Source: Paramoeba atlantica
Taxonomy: Eukaryota > Protista > Discosea
Direction of reading: 5' to 3'
Length of the DNA stretch: 64,000 nucleotides
Assembly (NCBI GenBank): GCA_977017575.1
Contig: CDRNVI010000006.1
Location: forward strand, 186,001 to 250,000
Shown: piece by piece, positions 51,241 to 61,830 of the stretch
How the letters are laid out: every line of letters begins with the position of its first letter
Position numbering within the stretch: the first letter of the stretch is position 1
Position numbers and translations under genes: made by a program
The notes under the pieces: generated by a model
Seen by the model: the letters and a program-made list of their open reading frames with translations, nothing else
Database searches by the model: none
Told to the model about the DNA's origin: nothing

Positions 51241-51497
51241 CAGTAAAAGGTGATATTCTACTTTTTTGTAGTAAAAACCATTAGTACGTTTTATGTAAAT
51301 GTAATTTGTAAATAGCTTTACGAAATCTAATACAGTGGTGTTACGTAGGTAGTAAATCCAGCAGCAAACGCAATATAGTAAGTGACAAAAGTTCAACTAA
51401 AAAAGTAGAAATTCAGATAACAGAGTCTTCGAAAGCTGAATAGTGGATCAGATTTAGCCCATCATACTAAACTTTTACAAATTTATCTGCATCAACC

Positions 51498-52292
51498 ATG
51501 AGTACACAAAACGTTTCTGAAAAGAATCAAAAGGACAAGATGAAAATCGACGAGAGACATCATGCAACAACATCATCTACGGTAAGAAGCATCAACCTTC
51601 CCCGCGCCCCAGGTGTTTCCCTGACATTAACTCGCAAAGGTATTAGACACGTGATGCTTCTTGACTTTGACAATGTCCCCGATTTCTTTCGAAGATGCGA
51701 TCACGCGGCACAGGAGCTCTGTGGTGGTGACAATCCGCTGCCGTTCCTTCTTCCACCTGGGACATTTATTTGGTGTTTCAACAATGTACGTCTCAGGTTA
51801 TACGATTTTACAGTGGGTAGTACGTGTTTTTACGACCTATTGCGCCATCATGATGTAGAATTCGACATGCCTGCGGCTATGCAGAAGAATTCCGCCGACA
51901 CAGCTTTGGCTCTCTGTGTGGGTAAACTCGGGGCCATATGTCCAAAGGGCGTACCGTTCACCGTTATTAGCGAAGATCGTAGTTTTGACGAATTGGTTCG
52001 AAGAAAGGGGAAAAGTCGTAATATGGTGCGCTTCACGCGATATCTCTCTTTGGAGGAACACAAAAACACACACCTCGACTTCTTTGCACAGTTGTACCAG
52101 AGACTTGTAGGGAAGCCAACCTCAGAAGCTAAGCGATACACGGAATATCCTTATTGTTACGTAAATTATGATTCTAGGGATAGCGTCAACGCCCAGGTCC
52201 GACACGCAGTGACTCAAATACATCCTTCTAAATATTCGCGACACGTAACGCAGGATCTAAGCCAAAAGAAACCAAATTTAATGCATTTTTAG
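51498..52292 (+). CDS. PIN/NYN-like nuclease-fold protein
   Basis: LLDFDN, KNSADTAL and VISEDRSF match the DxxN / K..D / S.D..F pattern of NYN/LabA-type PIN domains. Confidence 0.6.
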   Translation: MSTQNVSEKNQKDKMKIDERHHATTSSTVRSINLPRAPGVSLTLTRKGIRHVMLLDFDNVPDFFRRCDHAAQELCGGDNPLPFLLPPGTFIWCFNNVRLRLYDFTVGSTCFYDLLRHHDVEFDMPAAMQKNSADTALALCVGKLGAICPKGVPFTVISEDRSFDELVRRKGKSRNMVRFTRYLSLEEHKNTHLDFFAQLYQRLVGKPTSEAKRYTEYPYCYVNYDSRDSVNAQVRHAVTQIHPSKYSRHVTQDLSQKKPNLMHF

Positions 52293-52535
52293 GTCAAGCT
52301 GCTTTTGGGTCGCTTCAGTATGAGATGCGTGCCTGCATGTTTACACAATTTATTCACAAGCCGCGTACAGTTTTGCGCGCTTTTTAGTATAACTTCCCTT
52401 ATCAAAAAAGTGAAATGTTCAATCTCTCATATACAAGCCCTATTTTTTTCGGTCTTTTCCAGAAAACAAAGGTTTCTTTAGCTAGTTTCACCAACTTTGC
52501 AATTTAATAACAGGGCAAAGTTATTGCCCTTCCTA

Positions 52536-53675
52536 ATGAAATTTAAGGCAACACTTCACAACGCTCGCGCATTATATGCAGCATGTGATTCGCTACGAAA
52601 AATTAGCAAAACTGCAATACTACGTCTAAACTCTGCACGAATTCGACTCGTCGTCAAAGGATCTGGCACAGACGAAGCCACCTCAAAAAGTTCCCCGAAT
52701 GCCCAAGTCTGGGTCTCGATTCCCACCGCGTCCATCTTTCAGCTCTTTCACATCAAATCAAAGCTCCACAATGACATCTACTGTGAAGTCAGCCTTGCGG
52801 ACCTGATGTTAGCCCTTCGCCAAGGCTGCGAAGCCGAAGACACCTCTTCACCCTCTTCCCACCTCCCCACCTCAACCCCCGTTACGCTACGCCTTACCAA
52901 GGATGGCACCCAGCCCACACTGAACCTCTCGCTGGCCATGAAACGAGGCGCCGCACGACGTCTTAACCCCAACCCCGCGGACCCCAGGGGTTCGGGACTC
53001 GGTCCCTCCCACTGTGAGCCCACCCTTGATGGGGATATCACACACAGTGTCCCGGTGCGGGTTCTCGCAGAGGGGGAGGTCTCGGATACACGGCTGCCTA
53101 CGCTGGACAGCTGTGTGTTCGCGCTACACCCCCCTCCGCCCTCCACGCTCTACGGGTTCTTTGACTCCTCCCACCGTGCGGTGGGCCACACGACAAAGTC
53201 CAATGCCACACAAAGGTGGTACTCCATGGGTACCACCCCGCAAGCCATCGCAGAGGATTGTATGCTGTACGTGAGCAAATCAAGGCAGGCTTCCCTTTCA
53301 CGGGCAAAAATGAGGCTTGTGGTGTGCAGGGATACACATAAAATACAATGTACCTTCTCGGATTTACCGGTCGTCGATACGGCAGCGTTTCTACAGGAAA
53401 ATGCGGAGGCGCCCGTCGTGGAGAGTGATGAACCTCGTAATACACGTCGAGATACAAGTGTGGATGAGGAAAATGAGAAGGCGGAGGAGACATTGGCCTA
53501 TGCACTATGCACGAAAACGTTTTCCAACATTTTACGCTCCATAGATAAGCTGAAGTATATTCGAGTAAAGCGAACTTTGTTTCATTGTCCAAGGGATACG
53601 GGTCTTGTTGTCTCCACGTTGTGTTCCGAGGACGTCACGTTCTTGTATTACTTGCCCACTCACACTAGTGAATAG
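52536..53675 (+). CDS. HUS1: 9-1-1 checkpoint clamp subunit Hus1
   Basis: MKFKA.., QVWVSI..IFQLFHIKS..NDIYCEV, LRLTK, ITHSVPVRVL. Confidence 0.8.
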   Translation: MKFKATLHNARALYAACDSLRKISKTAILRLNSARIRLVVKGSGTDEATSKSSPNAQVWVSIPTASIFQLFHIKSKLHNDIYCEVSLADLMLALRQGCEAEDTSSPSSHLPTSTPVTLRLTKDGTQPTLNLSLAMKRGAARRLNPNPADPRGSGLGPSHCEPTLDGDITHSVPVRVLAEGEVSDTRLPTLDSCVFALHPPPPSTLYGFFDSSHRAVGHTTKSNATQRWYSMGTTPQAIAEDCMLYVSKSRQASLSRAKMRLVVCRDTHKIQCTFSDLPVVDTAAFLQENAEAPVVESDEPRNTRRDTSVDEENEKAEETLAYALCTKTFSNILRSIDKLKYIRVKRTLFHCPRDTGLVVSTLCSEDVTFLYYLPTHTSE

Positions 53676-53816
53676 GTGCCTTGCTTCGGATAGTTTGATC
53701 ACTTTTTTCTTTGTCATTATTCTGAACCTGTAAAATCAAAAATCCATGAAACTAAAAACAAACTCATATACCTAAACCAATATATTTTTTTCAGTATTTT
53801 CTCCCACCCGAGTTCA

Positions 53817-55373
53817 ATGCGTCGCACCGCCTATCTTGGCTTCCTCTCCCCTTTCTCCTCACGCACCTACCCCACCCCTTCCTCCCCAACCCCCCCAACC
53901 CCTACCCAACCCCTCCAACACCCCATCCCCCCACCCCCACCACACAACCCCCCATGCCCCTGTTCCTCCTGCAACACCGGGGTTAAAAATACCCCCCCTT
54001 CCCTTCAACCCCCCTCCGGCACATCTCGCTCTCCTCCCCCCCCAACCACCACGACAACCAACAGCAACGTCCTCTCCACACGCTCCCCCCTCCCGGGGGG
54101 GCTGACCCTACGCTACGCCTCGAGCGGGGCCCGAGCCGGTCCTCTCGCCCCTCTGCCCTCGGGCCCCTCCCCCCTCCCCTCGGTACTCTACGCCCACAGT
54201 GCCGCGGCCTTCGCCCGGCCCGGGGAGGCAGCGGGAGCGGGAGGGGGTCGATTCGGGGAGGCGTTCAACCGAGGGGGAGGGGGAGGGGGAGGGGGGGGCT
54301 TCCAGCGTCGTGGAGGCTTTAGTGGCGCCTTTGACCGGAGTGGGGGTGGTGGGGGGAGTGAGGGGTATAATGAGAACACTAGCCGAGGTCAAGGGTACGG
54401 TTCGCCCCCGTACCGAGGAGGGGGGGGAATGGGACGTGGTCGAGGAGGGTTTATGGGAGGCTCTGCTCGGGGAGGGTTTCAAGGTGGAGCTGCGGGATAT
54501 GGTCGTGGGGGATCGGTGGGGGAGGAAGGTGGTCCGTCGGGTACGGAGGGGCAGGAGGGGGAAGGGGGGAAGTCGTACAACCCGTTTAAGTCGGATGGGA
54601 TGCTTTTAATGCAGATTATGTCTCACTTTCCGGTCAAGGAGGGTGTGATTACACCGATGCAGGTGCCAAAGCTCATGGCAGCGTTGCCCGAGGAGGCCCA
54701 GGAGGCGTGTGGTGAGAAAGGGGGGCTGCTTAAATTTCTAAAAGACCGGCAACAGCTGTTTGTGGTCAAGCAGGCCTCAATGGAGGAGGGGGAGAACACC
54801 GGCACCGCGTACTACGCGGTCCCGACCTCTGTGGCGGCTAAGATTGCCAAGCAGAAGGCGACGCAGGTTGGGGAGCTACGTGAGGCCCGGCAAGCGATGA
54901 AGGAGGCGAAGCGAAGTGAGGGCCCATCGGATGGCTTTTCCAGAGGAGGTCGAGGCGGACCCTCGCGTGGGGGATTCGGCAGGGCTGGGGGATTTGGTCG
55001 TGGAGGATTCAGCCGTGGTGGTGGTGGTGGCGGAGGGTATGGCCGTGGTGGGGGAGGGGGCGGATTCAACCGTGAGGGGGGTGGGGGCGGATTCAACCGT
55101 GAGGGGGGTGGGGGCGGATTCAACCGTGAGGGGGGTGGGGGCGGATTCAACCGTGAGGGGGGTGGGGGCGGATTCAACCGTGAGGGGGGTGGGGGATTCA
55201 ACCGTGGAGGAGGGGGAGGAGGATTCAGCCGCGGTGGGGGAGGCGGATTTAGCCGTGGAGGTTACGGCCCGCCCGCTGGTCGAGGGGGTGGTGGGTTTCA
55301 GAGAGCAGACCCGGGCAACGAAGGTGGGGGTCGGTTTAGTGGGGGTGGCGGACGGTTTGCGAATTTTAAGTAA
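53817..55373 (+). CDS. RGG-rich RNA-binding protein, probably mitochondrial, with a central winged-helix-like domain
   Basis: Two RGG/FxRGGG tracts flank LMQIMSHFP..LPEEAQEACGEKGGLLKFLKDRQQLFVV; N-terminus MRRTAYLGFL. Confidence 0.7.
   Translation: MRRTAYLGFLSPFSSRTYPTPSSPTPPTPTQPLQHPIPPPPPHNPPCPCSSCNTGVKNTPPSLQPPSGTSRSPPPPTTTTTNSNVLSTRSPLPGGLTLRYASSGARAGPLAPLPSGPSPLPSVLYAHSAAAFARPGEAAGAGGGRFGEAFNRGGGGGGGGGFQRRGGFSGAFDRSGGGGGSEGYNENTSRGQGYGSPPYRGGGGMGRGRGGFMGGSARGGFQGGAAGYGRGGSVGEEGGPSGTEGQEGEGGKSYNPFKSDGMLLMQIMSHFPVKEGVITPMQVPKLMAALPEEAQEACGEKGGLLKFLKDRQQLFVVKQASMEEGENTGTAYYAVPTSVAAKIAKQKATQVGELREARQAMKEAKRSEGPSDGFSRGGRGGPSRGGFGRAGGFGRGGFSRGGGGGGGYGRGGGGGGFNREGGGGGFNREGGGGGFNREGGGGGFNREGGGGGFNREGGGGFNRGGGGGGFSRGGGGGFSRGGYGPPAGRGGGGFQRADPGNEGGGRFSGGGGRFANFK
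55059..55207 (+). repeat. 27-bp coding tandem repeat x5 plus partial copy (GGFNREGGG)
   Basis: GGCGGATTCAACCGTGAGGGGGGTGGG starts at 55059, 55086, 55113, 55140 and 55167. Confidence 0.92.
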
Positions 55374-55738
55374 TGAGTATAAATCGTCCCGTCAACGAAA
55401 GACATTTTTGGCTCTTCAAAGCCATTCCACTAGACTCGGATAGAATGGTTGAATTGTTACCAAAACACATGTAGCGATTCGAAGCATTACTTTGCCTACA
55501 TATTTTTAACCTTATGCAGATCTTCATAATTAAGCGGCAAAGTCATTTTTATCACATCATTAGTATCTTGTCTTATGCAGGAGTTCTCATTTTGAAGTGT
55601 TTAAAAATTGCAAACGAGGACAATATGGGTGAATTTACTGCATGGCATGTTTATTGGAACAGGACAAGAAAACGAATTATTCTACCTTTTTACTGACGGG
55701 TTACGTGAGTTTATGACGAGAGCAGGGTATCTTCTGTG

Positions 55739-56179
55739 ATGCCGGTAATGAAAAGATTCGATCGCTTCCTCGTGCGCCGTACTTCGGGGGTTTTCTCGAG
55801 TCACATAAGTTTAAACAATCAGCCTACTGCAGACCCTTCCACAACGATTCCTTCAAGCGCCATACACGCAAATACACACAACTTTTGGCGTGAGAGATTG
55901 ACGTACAATGTTGGTCGCATTCAGCAGTCTTATCTACCCACTTGGGATCGACTAGCACATGTGGCAATCATGCTTGCACGTCCAATTGACCAGCAGTCGG
56001 AGCCTTATCAGATCTTTCGTCACATTATCGATGGTTGGAGAAGATCGTTCATTCTTCAGTTAACTGGAATACGTTCCACTTTTCTCCCAGCGCTGACAGC
56101 AGGCGGGGTGAAATTACCAGATCCTGAAAAAGTAAGAAAACAAGGAAATTCCCCACATTCTGGAAACGGAATCCCATGA
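55739..56179 (+). CDS. Hypothetical protein, possibly mitochondrial
   Basis: 146-aa ORF on the cluster strand with Arg-rich N-terminus; family not recognised. Confidence 0.55.
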   Translation: MPVMKRFDRFLVRRTSGVFSSHISLNNQPTADPSTTIPSSAIHANTHNFWRERLTYNVGRIQQSYLPTWDRLAHVAIMLARPIDQQSEPYQIFRHIIDGWRRSFILQLTGIRSTFLPALTAGGVKLPDPEKVRKQGNSPHSGNGIP

Positions 56180-56597
56180 CGCGTCGATTCAAAGTACTCT
56201 TATGAGAGGCGGCATTTTCCTGGAAAGAATTTTCCTTGAGTGACGAACATTGAGGCTCCAACGAACAAATGTTCACGTAAGAAAATCTTTTGAATCGAAT
56301 AATTCGCATTTTCACCATTTTTTCTCGTCGAATACGCATTTTTTGTCTCAGGCTGTGATATGACAACAAGAACTGAATGTTATTTAGACGGTCCTTACAT
56401 TTTAAATGATTTACCGCTATCGTACGATATGGTTACCGATTTCGATTAAGTTATACTACAGAGGAAGAAAAAAAGGAAAGAAATTCATTGTACAAAGAAA
56501 GACAGTACATTGGAAAGAAAAAGAATAACAAATTAGAATGATTTTGAAAGACGTGTATTAATTCTTTTTAACGTAAATTTGTGTATTGAGACGTATT

Positions 56598-58673
56598 ATG
56601 TATCGTGTGTCTGGGAAGTATCTGGTATCTCTTACGGGAGCACGGGCAGATCGTGGATTCCTTAGACCGGTCAAGCAGAACGTCGTTAGTAAAGGCGACC
56701 CAATGATTCTAGTTTTAGTGGAATCACCGAACAAGGCCCCGGCGGTGCGAAATTATTTGTCAAAGTACCTTTCCAGTCGATCAAATAACGTAGTGAACCT
56801 TCAAGTTATGGCCACAGTAGGACACTTCATGGAAAGCTGCGATTTGGAACTCCGCGACAACTACGAAATGCAATGGAAATTGAGAAAGGACAAATTGAAT
56901 ATTATTCAAGGAATCATCGACGTTCTGGCACATTCTAGGATAAGAGAGGTTGTCCTTGCATCCGATCCTGATCGCGAAGGAGAGCTGATCGCGGCCCATA
57001 TTCATGACATGATTCTCCCTACCAAGGTTGGAGTACCTTTTTCACGCGCTTATTTCTATGCTATGACGGACGAAATGGTGACCAAGGGTTTTGTGGAGCG
57101 GAGGGAAAATTTCATTGATAAGAATCTTGTTGACAGTGCTTTGGCCCGTCATGCTATGGATAAAATTTTCGGATTTACAGCGAGCATTCTTTTGCAAAAA
57201 GTACATCCTAGCTGTCGGTCAATAGGAAGGGTCCAGACGCCAGCATTGCACATAGTACAAGAACGCGAAAACGAAATCCGTAAATTTCAACAGAGGGGAG
57301 CTCTTGTGAAGTACGATGTATATCCTGTTCTACGTAATAACTCCTCTCATGAAGACCTCTTTGGCGCATTCGACGCAAAAACAGCAGGTCTAACTACGGA
57401 TCAAAATTTATGCGAGGAACGCGTAACAGAACTTCTAAAAAAGTGGAAAGGTCACTGCGGAAAAGTAAAAGTACAGATCAATAAGAAGACTGTCTCACCT
57501 CCACATCCATTTACAATGGCAACGCTCCTTATTGAGGCCGGAAAACAATTCTGCATGAGAGGTGACCAAGTAAGTCAGATAACACAGAAATTGTTTACTG
57601 AAGGACTCATCACCTACCCGCGCACCGATTCAGAACGTCTGTCTGAAGAGTTTGAAAACTCTCTGCTGAGCTATGTTTCTCAGACCTATGGAAAATCCTT
57701 GGTAGGCGTTGGAAGAAAATCTCGCAAGAAGGACACTTCAAATGCGGAAGGGGCACACGAAGCGATACGTCCTACAGATCTGACAAAGACTCCTAGAACA
57801 ATGTCTCTTACGGGGGGTGCGATGATGCTTTATACGCTTATCTATCAACGAACTATTGCAAGCCGTATGGCCTCACTTGTGCAAAACGTAGCAGAAGCTA
57901 ACGTCGTGTTTTCAGCTGCGTCAGAGGGTCGCGATCGGGCAGTGGTTACTGTGTCGTCGGCCTATATTTCCAGCCCTGGATATCGTCTGGCGTTCACGAC
58001 CCCTGGATTGTCTTTCGACGAAAAGTCCTCTGCGGAAGTGCAGAATCGGTCACTCTATGATACCATAACAGCGATGCCAGACTCAACGGTGACTTTACAT
58101 GACATTCGGGTCGCGACACATCGTGAGGCAAAGCCGCAGAGGTTGACCGAAGGAACGTTGATAAAGGCTCTCAAAGACGCAGGTATCGGTCGGCCTTCCA
58201 CATACCCGACTACTATGGTGACACTGCGAGAGCGCGGCTATGTGTCCCACCTACGTGATCAAAAGTTACAACTCGCACCGCAAGGCGAAATGGCGGCATA
58301 TTTCGCTAAAAAACATTTCCAGTCTTTCGTCGATACAGGGTATACATCTGGGATGGAAAAAATGTTAAATACTATGGCCAACGGAGGCACACTGCGCCAT
58401 ATGGTCGTTGCTCAATTCTGGAAAGAGTTTGATCAATGCGTATCAAAGTCGCAAGCCGTTTCTTCTTCTGCGCATGGTGAAGTGTACGGAAAAGCACGCA
58501 CACTTTACGAGGCGACGGAAATGTACTGCCCGAGAAAAGAATCTAAATCGGAGTCTCACGTTAGATATCCGAATTATAAAAAGCCTGGAGCCCGTCTTAT
58601 CCATCCCCTCAAACTGAAGAAAAGGAAGAGCCAGATTCAAAAAAGTAGACTCAAGGTAAACTTACATAATTAA
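56598..58673 (+). CDS. Type IA DNA topoisomerase, bacterial TopA-like (mitochondrial type)
   Basis: LVESPNKA, ASDPDREGELIA, SIGRVQTPAL, GLITYPRTDS (catalytic Tyr), AHEAIRPT, GIGRPSTY. Confidence 0.95.
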   Translation: MYRVSGKYLVSLTGARADRGFLRPVKQNVVSKGDPMILVLVESPNKAPAVRNYLSKYLSSRSNNVVNLQVMATVGHFMESCDLELRDNYEMQWKLRKDKLNIIQGIIDVLAHSRIREVVLASDPDREGELIAAHIHDMILPTKVGVPFSRAYFYAMTDEMVTKGFVERRENFIDKNLVDSALARHAMDKIFGFTASILLQKVHPSCRSIGRVQTPALHIVQERENEIRKFQQRGALVKYDVYPVLRNNSSHEDLFGAFDAKTAGLTTDQNLCEERVTELLKKWKGHCGKVKVQINKKTVSPPHPFTMATLLIEAGKQFCMRGDQVSQITQKLFTEGLITYPRTDSERLSEEFENSLLSYVSQTYGKSLVGVGRKSRKKDTSNAEGAHEAIRPTDLTKTPRTMSLTGGAMMLYTLIYQRTIASRMASLVQNVAEANVVFSAASEGRDRAVVTVSSAYISSPGYRLAFTTPGLSFDEKSSAEVQNRSLYDTITAMPDSTVTLHDIRVATHREAKPQRLTEGTLIKALKDAGIGRPSTYPTTMVTLRERGYVSHLRDQKLQLAPQGEMAAYFAKKHFQSFVDTGYTSGMEKMLNTMANGGTLRHMVVAQFWKEFDQCVSKSQAVSSSAHGEVYGKARTLYEATEMYCPRKESKSESHVRYPNYKKPGARLIHPLKLKKRKSQIQKSRLKVNLHN

Positions 58674-59316
58674 TTCGCAAACGATTACAAAAGGAAATGC
58701 TAAACTATATAAATGCATCTCGAGCTAAAAAAGTGCATGTGAGCTAAAAAAGTGATCATGTGCTCACGAGAGATTCGGCTGGCAATAGAAGTATTGTGCC
58801 TCAAAATGCCATCTAGTAGGATCCCAGTGAAGTTTCAAATTCTTTAAAACTGACAAAAACTTGTTAATTTTTGCATTCACCTCTTCACATTGTAATACAC
58901 TGAATGCGTGCTTACTTAGTTGTCAGTAGTTATTGTTGGTCAATTTCAATCTCTAATACTCGCCTTGATGTATAACTGGCTATGAATCGAATCGCTTAGA
59001 ATATGTACATGTACATGTACATGTATATCTTTTTGAAGCTTGTTCTTTTTACTATTTTTATTAATAAAAAGAGGACACTCTTGTATGTTACAGGGCTCAG
59101 TGCAAGACTATGATACGTATATGGTGTGCAAATCTGCGTAATTTTAAATTACGAAGTAAACTATTTATTAGTCAATGTGTTTGGGTGTAAATTTACTCTT
59201 AATACATTCTTATCTAGATATTGGTTTCCTTTTTCCCACTACCGTCCTACAAACTCATTTCTAAGACCTTCCCCCTTTTCCTAACCCTCTTTTTACCCCC
59301 CCCCCCTGTAAGTGGC

Positions 59317-60303
59317 ATGCCCCCGCGTCTCCTTCACTTTCGTACACTGCCCCTTTTCCTTTCCCTTCTCCTCGGGTTTTCTCCCCCGTTATCCTCACAC
59401 TCTTCTCTTCTATCTGCTTCTCTCTCACTTAATCGAAGTGGTTTGAAAACCACAGCTCCATGGGTTCCGCATCTCGCGGCCTATGATGACGACGTCGAGA
59501 GGACTAGTTCAAGCTCCATGGATGAGAACAGCACAAGGAAAGGAGTTGAAAACAGCGAGGGTAGTGAAGAGGATGTGAAGCAAATGGAAGAGAGTAGACA
59601 GCTGGAGACTCAAGAAGAGGAAGAAGACGAGGAGGAGGAGGAGATGCTGCAGTCTACGGAGTCCCAGGACATACGCTGTGCCGTGCGGGTGCCCTCCTAT
59701 ACCGGGAGTTCTTCGGTGGAGCTCACCGCGGGGTCTCCGATGGATGTGGTTGTGACGGTCGCTAACCGGGCCCAACGGGACGCGTTGGCCGGAAGTTACC
59801 GGGTGGAATATGTCCTGGCGCATCTCGCTGTGGGACAGCCGGCGTTTTTTGTGCAGAATTTTACTGGTGCGCAGTACAACCGCACGGTGCGCCCCGGAGA
59901 CACGATCAGTTTGCCGTATCGCCTGTTTCCCGGTGTAGATCTCGAGAACCGGGACTACAACTTCGTGCTACAAGTGTTCTATGTGGGTGAAGAGGAAACG
60001 TTTCTAGCCACTCCGTTGAATACAACCGCAACCATACTTTCTATCTCTCGTACCTCATCACAACTCTCTCGTTTTATGATTGGTGTCTCCTTGTTGGCTG
60101 CATTACTGGTTGCTATTTTTGTTAGGTGGGTCCAACGTAGGCGGTGTCTGAAATCGCATCACGAGAAAGCGCCAGGAAGAAAGAGTTCGGTTCATGCGAT
60201 TTCAGAACAGATAGACTGGGACTACATAGGACCAGAGCACAGACAGCGCGTGCGAGCACGCTCACATACACCCAAGCCTGTTAGAAGTTCGATGCAGAAC
60301 TAA
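59317..60303 (+). CDS. SSR1: Translocon-associated protein alpha-like
   Basis: Signal peptide, acidic tract, FVQNFTGAQYNRTVRPG..LPYRL, LNTT, C-terminal TM helix. Confidence 0.75.
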   Translation: MPPRLLHFRTLPLFLSLLLGFSPPLSSHSSLLSASLSLNRSGLKTTAPWVPHLAAYDDDVERTSSSSMDENSTRKGVENSEGSEEDVKQMEESRQLETQEEEEDEEEEEMLQSTESQDIRCAVRVPSYTGSSSVELTAGSPMDVVVTVANRAQRDALAGSYRVEYVLAHLAVGQPAFFVQNFTGAQYNRTVRPGDTISLPYRLFPGVDLENRDYNFVLQVFYVGEEETFLATPLNTTATILSISRTSSQLSRFMIGVSLLAALLVAIFVRWVQRRRCLKSHHEKAPGRKSSVHAISEQIDWDYIGPEHRQRVRARSHTPKPVRSSMQN

Positions 60304-60984
60304 AAGCTCAAATTTATGCTCTGCACCGGTTTCGAATGATAGTTTCAATAGTTCTATTTATGGAATATACTTTTAGAGTACGATCTTGTATAAAAAGACG
60401 ATACTCCATGTGGCTTTTATTTAAATCAGAATCCACTTTTTCTATGGCACTTACTAATCTCATTGTTTTGTACGTATATTATAGCTATTACGTATGCTAA
60501 AGTCCCTGCTACATACGATATGGGCTATTCAGACCATCTTGTACTATTATCGGGTAAGATGCAGTATACATGTAAATGTAAACCTACATGTAAATGTAGG
60601 TTGAAAATGATATTTTTGAATATTGTTCGAGTTCGCTTTTTCCAGGGATCCTTAAAACTACATCTAATAGATGTATAGATTCTAAATTAGTATAGATACT
60701 AAATTAGTATAGATTCTATACCAATTTTAAGGTGCTATAATCACATAAATACTATATTTAAACCTTTATTTTCCCCCTGCTTTTTCTTTACCTCGTCCAG
60801 TATCACCCATGTCGAACAAACGCAGAAATGACAAAAGACAAGAAGAATGTGCTGTGACGAACTCCGATTTTTTTTGGCAATCAAGACTTTTTCTGTGGTT
60901 CATTTTTCATGCAAGTGAGTGAGCTCATGCACTTCCGTAAAGTCATAGTACATAGCGCCAGAAGATACGAATTTGTCCCCTCGT

Positions 60985-61075
60985 ACATCAGGTATTTCAT
61001 GAGTGCGTTGATTGACAACCCCGTACCTACGCCATTCGCCCCTGCGCAACTTCCCTCGCCCCGCCCAAAACCCCC
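60985..61075. repeat. Dispersed repeat shared with 63200-63295
   Basis: TTCATGAGTGCGTTG..ACGCCATTCGC..CCCCGCCCAAA at both loci; AATCCTTGTTACTGGGGGGG lies beside both. Confidence 0.75.
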
Positions 61076-61362
61076 CTCCCCCCCTGAGCCACTCTCCCTA
61101 GCCAAACCCCTGCTACTGGGGACCGTCCCAGAAATGATCAAATCCTTGTTACTGGGGGGGTCTACGGTATATCGGAAAAAGGCGACGCGCGAAAATAAAT
61201 GAACGTTTCACTTCCTGAAGAAAAGTATCTTTATGATAAGCTCTTGCTTTATGAAAGGTCTCGGACTGCCATCTCATTGACGGTACACACGCCGACCAAA
61301 AACGTCACTGGTTCAAAAAACCAAAAGGTGGACAAAGAATATTTCGTACTCTTAGTAAAATA

Positions 61363-61830
61363 CAGAGGGGTGCACGAAAATATCGGGGGGTCAAAATTCT
61401 TATAACTCGGCCAATTTTGCAAAATAATAGCGCATTCGAGAGCTCTCGCAGAGTTACGTGTCATGTGATATTACGTTTTACGTAGTTTCCAGGTATATGC
61501 ATTCTCCTGAATACCGTAAATAGGGCAACTGCAAGTTTTTTTTCTGGTAAAAAAAAGTTAGTATCCACAATTTCCACCTTTTTTCTCCAACAAAATTTTC
61601 ACACGCGTTGGAACACTCTTTAAAGTTCTCAAAAATACATCGTATTGCTCCCCCTTTAATTTTTCGACCCCAGAAGCGATCGCTCGTCTCAAATCTTCAC
61701 GATTCGTTGGACAAAGCGCGTTTATATGCTCGTCCATTATTCCCCAAATGTTTTCTATTGGGTTTAAATCTGGGGATTTGGGTGGCCAACACAACATCTT
61801 CACTCCTTCATCATTAAAGGCACGACGAGT
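61363..61830 (-). mobile_element. Tc1 3' remnant with terminal repeat of the 34.6-kb MITE family
   Basis: WPPKSPDLNPIENIW..KKGGNCGY* (stop at 61558); TA|CAGAGGGG..CCAATTTTGCAAAATAATAGCGCATTCGAGAGCTCTCG matches the MITE TIR. Confidence 0.8.

Larger units (their letters stand above)
9..60303 (+). other. Single-strand polycistronic gene cluster (kinetoplastid-type), intronless
   Basis: All ~29 recognisable host genes and the snoRNAs are on +, each as an uninterrupted ORF. Minus-strand long ORFs are transposases, shadows of GC-rich genes, or the single ORF at 31143-31793. Confidence 0.9.

Noticed and set aside
56598-58673. Bacterial-type topoisomerase IA as a novel horizontal transfer
   Set aside because: A mitochondrial bacterial-like Topo IA is already known in kinetoplastids.
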